64,000 bases of DNA from Candidatus Heimdallarchaeota archaeon (lineage in GTDB: Archaea; Asgardarchaeota; Heimdallarchaeia; Heimdallarchaeales; Heimdallarchaeaceae). Shown here piece by piece: positions 58,045 through 64,000 of the stretch. The DNA is taken from positions 384,001 through 448,000 of the forward strand of contig JAUVXV010000002.1 in the NCBI GenBank assembly GCA_030603365.1, read 5' to 3'. Position numbers and translations under genes: made by a program. The notes under the pieces were generated by a model. That model had not been told where the DNA came from and ran no database searches. It worked only from the letters and a program-made list of their open reading frames with translations. The stretch's first letter is position 1; every line of letters starts with the position of its first letter.

Positions 58045-59664
58045 ATGACTATTCTAATCGTAGACGCTCTTGCAGCTAATGAAGGACGTAGAAAGTTCTC
58101 TCGAGATGCAATAGGAGTAGGTCCACGATTATTAGCAGGGATTTGTGAAAAAAATAATAAAGATGCAAAAATCGTTAGAGTAGAGGATATTTTAGAGAAC
58201 AATGACTTCTTCAACCAAACAGATTTTGAGGTTTTTTTAATAAGTGGAATGAGTGTTGACAAAATAGCTGTTAAAAGAGTAATCAAGCATATTTACAGAT
58301 ATTCATCAAAATCTAGGGTAATTTTAGGAGGTCCAATAGTTTCAGACATAGCTATTGTGAAAGAAATGGATGTTTTAGCAGGGGTTGTAGGTGAAGGAGA
58401 ATCCGTTTTAGAAGATTTAATCAGAAGCGATTTTTCTTTTCAATCTTTTGAAGATAATCATGCCAAGCAATATGAACTAAATAGATTACAAGACATTTGG
58501 TTGATTAAACAAAACACACTAAGTACAGCTTCCATTTTTGATAAATATCCTGCTTCTACAGATCGAATTACTGATTATCCAGATTTTTGGTTTTCGAAAG
58601 TTTATGTTGAAATCACAAGAGGTTGTTCCAATCATTTTAGAGGAGAAATTGTCAAAACAGAAGGAGGTTGCAGTGATTGTGGAAACTGTGAAGATCCTGA
58701 TTCAGTAGTTACAGGAGATTGTCCTGAAGACATTCCTCCAGGTTGTGGATTCTGCTCAGTACCTGCTACATTTGGTGCTCCAAGAAGTAAATCAAAGAAT
58801 CTAATATTAAATGAAGTTGAGGAACTTTTCAAAAAAGGAGTTCGAAGAATAATCCTTTCTTCACCTGGATTTTTTGATTATTATAGAGGAAATAATGAAG
58901 TTTCAATCTTTTCTCCTACAATACCAGCTGCCAATTTAACAATTATATCCGAGTTGCTTGAGGAACTCGTAAGATTGAGAGATCAACAGGAAGAAATCTG
59001 TAGTATTTCTATTGAAAATGTTAAACCTTCTCTTGTTACAGAGTCTTTAGCTAAGATGTTGGGAAAATATCTTCCAGGTACGGCCATAAGTATAGGATGC
59101 GAAACTTTTGATACCAAACACAGCTCAGCAATAGGAAGACCAGCTTCATCAAATCAAGCATTAGAAGCAGCTAAGTTGTTTAAGAATGAAGGTCTAGATA
59201 CGCAAATATATTTGATTCACTCTTTACCAGGTGAAACAGTAAAGTCATTAGAGATTACTAGAAAAGTGATTAAGGAAGATTTGAAAGATTTTGTTGAAAA
59301 AATTACTGTTTACAAGTATCTTCCATTACCTAATTCTCCATTTACAATTACTAACTCTAAACAACCTATAGTGAGACATTTCTTAAAAGAAAAACGAGAA
59401 GAATTAAAGAAGAATATTATTGAATTTAATAAGAATAAGAAGAGAGATTTAATTGGTAAAAAACTTGACTTAATAGTTGCTGAAGAAGATTCTCAACGTC
59501 AAAACAATTACTTTGCTTATCCAATATTTAGTGGTCCAGCTGTGAGTGTTTATTCAGAAGAGAATATTTTAAAGCAAACAGTTTCTGCTGAGATTACAGA
59601 GGTGTTATCTGATAGACTAGTAAAGGGAAAAATAGTTCGAATTTTCAAACAAAGAGGTAATTAA
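58045..59664 (+). CDS. B12-binding radical SAM protein with C-terminal TRAM-like domain
   Basis: 'VILGGP', 'VGEGE', 'VEITRGC...GCGFC', 'IGCE', 'LPGET', C-terminal beta-rich segment. Confidence 0.85.
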   Translation: MTILIVDALAANEGRRKFSRDAIGVGPRLLAGICEKNNKDAKIVRVEDILENNDFFNQTDFEVFLISGMSVDKIAVKRVIKHIYRYSSKSRVILGGPIVSDIAIVKEMDVLAGVVGEGESVLEDLIRSDFSFQSFEDNHAKQYELNRLQDIWLIKQNTLSTASIFDKYPASTDRITDYPDFWFSKVYVEITRGCSNHFRGEIVKTEGGCSDCGNCEDPDSVVTGDCPEDIPPGCGFCSVPATFGAPRSKSKNLILNEVEELFKKGVRRIILSSPGFFDYYRGNNEVSIFSPTIPAANLTIISELLEELVRLRDQQEEICSISIENVKPSLVTESLAKMLGKYLPGTAISIGCETFDTKHSSAIGRPASSNQALEAAKLFKNEGLDTQIYLIHSLPGETVKSLEITRKVIKEDLKDFVEKITVYKYLPLPNSPFTITNSKQPIVRHFLKEKREELKKNIIEFNKNKKRDLIGKKLDLIVAEEDSQRQNNYFAYPIFSGPAVSVYSEENILKQTVSAEITEVLSDRLVKGKIVRIFKQRGN

Positions 59665-59668
59665 GAAT

Positions 59669-59947
59669 CTACATACCACTCTTATAATCAATTCCTAACG
59701 CTAAGTACTTGACTAATTCAGGATCTTTGATTCTTAGAATTCTTCTTACCGTAAACGGGAGAATTAATGCAAATACAATGCATGCTCCCCCAAACCAAGG
59801 ATATATCCATATATTCCATTCAAGTAGGAAACCAATTAGGAAGATTATAAAACCCAAAATAATCAATAACAAGGAAACCCACCTGAATTGATTGTATATT
59901 CTTATTCTCCTTTGAAAGAATTCTTCAACATTAATTTCTTCTGGCAA
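59669..59947 (-). CDS. Small 2-TM membrane protein
   Basis: TTG start after AGGTG; two hydrophobic helices. Confidence 0.7.
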   Translation of the reverse strand: MPEEINVEEFFQRRIRIYNQFRWVSLLLIILGFIIFLIGFLLEWNIWIYPWFGGACIVFALILPFTVRRILRIKDPELVKYLALGIDYKSGM

Positions 59948-60025
59948 TTTTACACCTAGTATTGAAAATTATACAGCTTTATTAAGTTTAACTTTATCAA
60001 ATAACAATTTAGATATTTCTCTGAA

Positions 60026-60442
60026 CTAACTTGATGAATATATACCAGTAAAACGATTATAGTTTCCTGTCAGTTTACCATTATTCTGAAGGAATAGAAG
60101 CCAATTGTGAATTTCACCAGGAAGAAAAGGAATTATTTCTTCAATTCTCAATTTTCTTTGACCAATTACTAAATTCCCTAAAAGATTGTATAAACCTCTT
60201 TCATAAGTAGCTTCAGCAATTGAAACAGTAGTAATCTCTTGTAAGTGAATCTTTCCTGATACGCTCAGAATGCACCAGAGAAAGGATTTCGCAAGGTCTT
60301 CAATTATCCTTTTGAATTCATCATTTACATTAGGACTTCGATATCTTTCCATCACAAAAGGGATTAGAAACTCCTTAAGGCTTTGATATTTATTTTCTAC
60401 CATAGTTATTATTTTCATTAATATCCTATTAATTTTTCTCAA
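60026..60442 (-). CDS. Hypothetical protein (C-terminus winged-helix/PCI-like)
   Basis: 'EIHNWLLFLQNNGKLTGNYNRFTGIY'; likely start at MVENK. Confidence 0.55.
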   Translation of the reverse strand: MRKINRILMKIITMVENKYQSLKEFLIPFVMERYRSPNVNDEFKRIIEDLAKSFLWCILSVSGKIHLQEITTVSIAEATYERGLYNLLGNLVIGQRKLRIEEIIPFLPGEIHNWLLFLQNNGKLTGNYNRFTGIYSSS

Positions 60443-60507
60443 AAAACCTCATTTCATGCATTTGAAGACTAATCATTAAAAAATGGATAGATTAATATTA
60501 CATTGTT

Positions 60508-61179
60508 TTGAAAATAGTAGTGATAGAAATGTTCTCCAAAAGAAAGAAAAAAGCTAAAAGTTTAAAGGAGCTATTTATTGACTGTAGTAAATCTACAAAA
60601 GAAGCATTCCATTCTATGGAAAGTGCTGTTTTAGCATATGTTGATGAAGATTTCATTTTAGCTCAAGAAGAAGCAAATAAAACCATCGCTCTTGAAAAAA
60701 AACAAGATCGAGTTAAAGAAAAAATCTTTGAAAGAATGTTTTCTAGAGAAACAATGGTTTTTTCTCGTTCAGACCGCATTCAGATTATTGAGAACATAGA
60801 TAAAATCACTGATAAAATAGAAATTGTTGTCAGAAAATTACTTCTTTATCAACATTCAATCAAGAACCCTTTAAAAGAGATTTTAAAAGAGATGGCAACT
60901 CTGAACAGTGTAATAGGTGATGATGTTCATAACTTATTAACAAATGTTTTAGATGATTTTGAATCTGCTAAAGATTTCATTACAAAAATTACAGATTTGA
61001 GAAGAGAAGTAAGAGAAAAGCAATGGCATTTGCAGAAATTAAATTATGAATATCAGCAAGATGATCATTTATCTTTCAGATATGTTGAATCTCTTGCAAA
61101 ATATCTCATGGAAACAGCTGATAGAGCTGAAATATTTGCAGATAGAGTATTCGTTCTGATTTACAAATATACACTTTGA
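60508..61179 (+). CDS. DUF47/PhoU-like phosphate transport accessory protein
   Basis: 'LEKKQD', 'SRSDR', 'D.I.D..E', 'ADRAE..ADR'; directly upstream of PiT. Confidence 0.88.
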   Translation: MKIVVIEMFSKRKKKAKSLKELFIDCSKSTKEAFHSMESAVLAYVDEDFILAQEEANKTIALEKKQDRVKEKIFERMFSRETMVFSRSDRIQIIENIDKITDKIEIVVRKLLLYQHSIKNPLKEILKEMATLNSVIGDDVHNLLTNVLDDFESAKDFITKITDLRREVREKQWHLQKLNYEYQQDDHLSFRYVESLAKYLMETADRAEIFADRVFVLIYKYTL

Positions 61180-61204
61180 TTGAAAAACGGAGTAGATTAA
61201 CCAT

Positions 61205-62230
61205 ATGGATCCAATAGTCATAGTTTTATTAATTTTGATGTTAGCTCTTGCTTTTGGAATAGGAGCAAACGATGAAACTATGGCAACACTTGTTGGAAGT
61301 CGTTCCATAAAAACAAAATATGCAATCATCTTAGGATCGGTACTAGCATTTGTGGGAGTTATATTCTTATCAGAACAGGTCGGAAAAACGATTGGTGAAA
61401 ACCTTTTAGGAGAAAATGTGGAATATAACAATTTCATGCTTTTTGCAATTATAGTCAGTACAACAATATGGTTAATTGTAGCTTCACAAACAGGAGCTCC
61501 TATCTCAACAACACATTCTGTTGTTGGTTCAGTTTTTGGGGTTGCAATAGTCTGGAGTTTCCAGCAAGGGGGTTCATTTCTGGAATCTCTAAATTGGGGA
61601 AAATTAGGAGAAGTAGCTATCGGATGGGTTTTATCTCCTCTTTTAGGTTTGATTGGAGCATTTCTATTAAAAATTCTGGTTAACAAAATTATATCCAAAG
61701 TTCAACGGGGATTAGAAAGACTAGAAAAAATAGAAAAGGTTTCTTCTTTTCTTTTAATTGGAATAATTAGTTGGACACAAGTTAGTAGAGGTGGGAATGA
61801 TTCTGCTAATGCTTTGGGAATTCTATATGGATTGATAGAGAAAGGAGGGGAAGATGCAGAGATACTAAAACAGAATAAGATCTATTTACTAATTGGTACA
61901 GGAGTGATGCTATCTCTTGGACTTCTGATAATTGGAAGAAAAGTCATCAAAAATGTTGGAAATAACCTGTTGGATTTGAAACCTTCTGATGGTTTAAGCA
62001 TTGAGCTTTCAACGAGTATAGTTTTGTTCGTTGCAACAATTTTAGGATTTCCAGTTTCAGGTACCCATGTACTTGTGTTTGCAATTATAGGTGCGGGTTT
62101 TGTTAAAGGTGAACGACCAGAAAAGAAATCTTTCAGAAAAATGATTATAAGTTGGCTAATAACTTTTCCAGTTGCTGCAACATTATCAGCAGTACTTTAT
62201 GGTTCACTATATGCAATATTTATCATATAA
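61205..62230 (+). CDS. pitA: PiT family inorganic phosphate transporter
   Basis: GAND, PISTTHSVVG, GGNDSANA, PVSGTH. Confidence 0.93.
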   Translation: MDPIVIVLLILMLALAFGIGANDETMATLVGSRSIKTKYAIILGSVLAFVGVIFLSEQVGKTIGENLLGENVEYNNFMLFAIIVSTTIWLIVASQTGAPISTTHSVVGSVFGVAIVWSFQQGGSFLESLNWGKLGEVAIGWVLSPLLGLIGAFLLKILVNKIISKVQRGLERLEKIEKVSSFLLIGIISWTQVSRGGNDSANALGILYGLIEKGGEDAEILKQNKIYLLIGTGVMLSLGLLIIGRKVIKNVGNNLLDLKPSDGLSIELSTSIVLFVATILGFPVSGTHVLVFAIIGAGFVKGERPEKKSFRKMIISWLITFPVAATLSAVLYGSLYAIFII

Positions 62231-62256
62231 AATGAATTTTAGAGAAAGAGATTAAA

Positions 62257-62403
62257 TTATCGAGCTTTTACAGGTTTTGCTATCAATGATCTTTGTTTTA
62301 TAAGAATTCTATTAGAGCATTTTGGACATTTAACTCCTGGTAATAATCGCAATTCACTAGGTGTTATTTCATTCTTACATCTTTGGCAAACGTATTTTGT
62401 CAT
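62257..62403 (-). CDS. rpoP: DNA-directed RNA polymerase subunit P (Rpo12)
   Basis: Not in ORF track (48 aa): MTKYVCQRCKNEITPSELRLLPGVKCPKCSNRILIKQRSLIAKPVKAR. Confidence 0.92.
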   Translation of the reverse strand: MTKYVCQRCKNEITPSELRLLPGVKCPKCSNRILIKQRSLIAKPVKAR

Positions 62404-62488
62404 CGTTTTTCACTTTATCCGTTCATTCTTAATCTTTTCTGTTGATGATTGATAGTAATTGCAGATTTGAGAATAATTTAGCTTTAAA

Positions 62489-63997
62489 TCACTTCTCTCC
62501 TGTAGTGAATTCCTCGAAACCAGCTTCTTCATCCATTAGTTCTCCTAAAGCTATTTCCAAGTCCTCGATTGGTAGTTTAATCTGTTTCATAGTATCTCTA
62601 TCTCTAATTGTAATTGAAAATTCTTTCAAAGAATCATAATCAACAGTAACACAGTAGGGGATACCTATTTCATCTGCTCTTGCGTATCTCTTACCAATTT
62701 TTCCGCTTTCATCATAATATGAAAGATAACCTGCATCTTTTAGTTCGTTGTGAATTTCTTGAGCTAATTCTGCTAATCCATCCTTTTTCATCAGAGGGAA
62801 AACAGCTACTTCTAAGGGTGCAATAGGTGGTGGAAATTGGAACCAACTCCATCCCCTTTCATCTTCTCTATAACACTTTTCCAAGACGGTATAGAAAATT
62901 CTCCCTACTCCGAGAGAAGGTTCACAAACATGAGGTACAATCTTTTTCCCATCAGGAGAAACAATTTCAAATGCAGAATTTGTTGCTTTAGCATGTTTTT
63001 GAAGGTCATAGTCTGTTCGTAAAGCATTACCAATTATTTCCATATGACCAATTGATAAATTAGCTTCTAAGTCGAAATTCCCTGCAGAATAGTGTGGTGC
63101 TTCATGATCTTGCATGTGTCTAAACCAAAAATCATCTTCAGGAATACCGAATTCTTTTAACAACAGTGTCTCCATTGCAAGATAATAAGCTAGATACTGA
63201 TTAGGGATTATTCCATCATCAACTGCTTTTTCAGCTGTAATCTTGAGTAACTTTTCCCATCCTTTTTCTTGCATCTCACGAGTAACAATATTGATTTCTA
63301 TATCAGCTACTTCTTGAAAACGTGGATGTTCATTCTCTTTAGCAGGATCATAGAACATCTCTATTTCCATCTGTTCAAATTCTCTACCTCTTATCAAGAA
63401 GTTTCTAGGTGAAATCTCATTACGAAATGCTGAACCCATTTGAGCTATACCAAAGGGAAGTTTATTTCTCATGAAATTTGCTAAGCGTTTGAAATTGATG
63501 AAAATATTTTGAGCAGTTTCTGGTCGGAGATAACCTTTAATTCCTCCTGTGGAGCCTATCTCAGTTTTGAACATTAAATTGAAGTCTCTAGCTTTTGATA
63601 ATGGACCTTTACAGCTAGGACATTCTATTTTATTTTCAGCTATTATCTTATCTAGTTCATCTAAAGAAAGACCTTCAGCGCTAGTACCTGTGATACGTTT
63701 GATTGTATCATCAGCTTTGAACATAGATTTACATTTTTCACATTGAATAAGAGGGTCATCAAAAGAATCTAGATGACCAGATGCTTTGAATACAGATTCA
63801 GGTAACATTGTTGAGCCTGCAATTTCAAAGATATTATCTTCATCTAAAACAAAACTTTGCCTCCATAAGTCGATAATCTTTTGTCTCATTAGTGTTCCAA
63901 GAGGTCCATAATCATAAAATCCTCCAGCACCACCATAAATTTCAGCTGTAGGACTAACAAATCCTCTTCTTAAACAAACTTCAATGATTTTATCCAT
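62489..63997 (-). CDS. glyS: Glycine--tRNA ligase (homodimeric, archaeal/eukaryotic type); start may lie just outside the window
   Basis: RRGF..EIYGG, LRPETAQ, FRNEISPR, REFEQMEIE, PHVCEPSLGVGR, IGKRYARADEIG. Confidence 0.96.
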   Translation of the reverse strand: MDKIIEVCLRRGFVSPTAEIYGGAGGFYDYGPLGTLMRQKIIDLWRQSFVLDEDNIFEIAGSTMLPESVFKASGHLDSFDDPLIQCEKCKSMFKADDTIKRITGTSAEGLSLDELDKIIAENKIECPSCKGPLSKARDFNLMFKTEIGSTGGIKGYLRPETAQNIFINFKRLANFMRNKLPFGIAQMGSAFRNEISPRNFLIRGREFEQMEIEMFYDPAKENEHPRFQEVADIEINIVTREMQEKGWEKLLKITAEKAVDDGIIPNQYLAYYLAMETLLLKEFGIPEDDFWFRHMQDHEAPHYSAGNFDLEANLSIGHMEIIGNALRTDYDLQKHAKATNSAFEIVSPDGKKIVPHVCEPSLGVGRIFYTVLEKCYREDERGWSWFQFPPPIAPLEVAVFPLMKKDGLAELAQEIHNELKDAGYLSYYDESGKIGKRYARADEIGIPYCVTVDYDSLKEFSITIRDRDTMKQIKLPIEDLEIALGELMDEEAGFEEFTTGEK

Positions 63998-64000
63998 AAA

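Noticed and set aside
61069-61698. 209-aa minus-strand ORF, and the many other short ORFs nested antisense to genes
   Set aside because: Antisense shadows of well-supported genes; no recognisable motifs.
1-64000. tRNA, rRNA, CRISPR arrays, IS elements, proviral genes
   Set aside because: By eye I found no cloverleaf/T-loop, GC-rich structural RNA tract, regularly spaced repeats, transposase, integrase or capsid ORF. A tRNAscan/Infernal run would be needed to exclude them fully.

Overview
Gene-dense, AT-rich (about one-third G+C by eye) archaeal chromosome segment. It is most likely an Asgard archaeon (Heimdallarchaeia-like). This is inferred from archaeal core genes (rpoP, sui1/aIF1, type II map, homodimeric glyS, PolB, GGR) occurring together with eukaryote-like proteins (tandem longin-fold protein, RING finger, TRAP-beta-like protein, Get3/TRC40-type ATPase). 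Most content is housekeeping: transporters, TldD/E, FixABCX-type ETF cluster, a pyrD/K/C/F cluster, glpK, DegV proteins, PiT/DUF47. I saw no tRNA, rRNA, CRISPR array, transposase or integrase. Four items are missing from the ORF track: (i) a complete, independently promoted box C/D guide RNA (49275-49353) whose D-box guide predicts 2'-O-methylation of 16S C1402; (ii) a zinc-ribbon gene right behind sui1 that can only start at an ATT codon; (iii) rpoP; (iv) a partial larA-like gene at the left edge. Also notable are a PolB with an intact polymerase site but a dead proofreading site, PyrC and PyrF homologs lacking key active-site residues, and a TRAP-beta + Get3 gene pair. All family calls come from motif recognition by eye; no database search was run.
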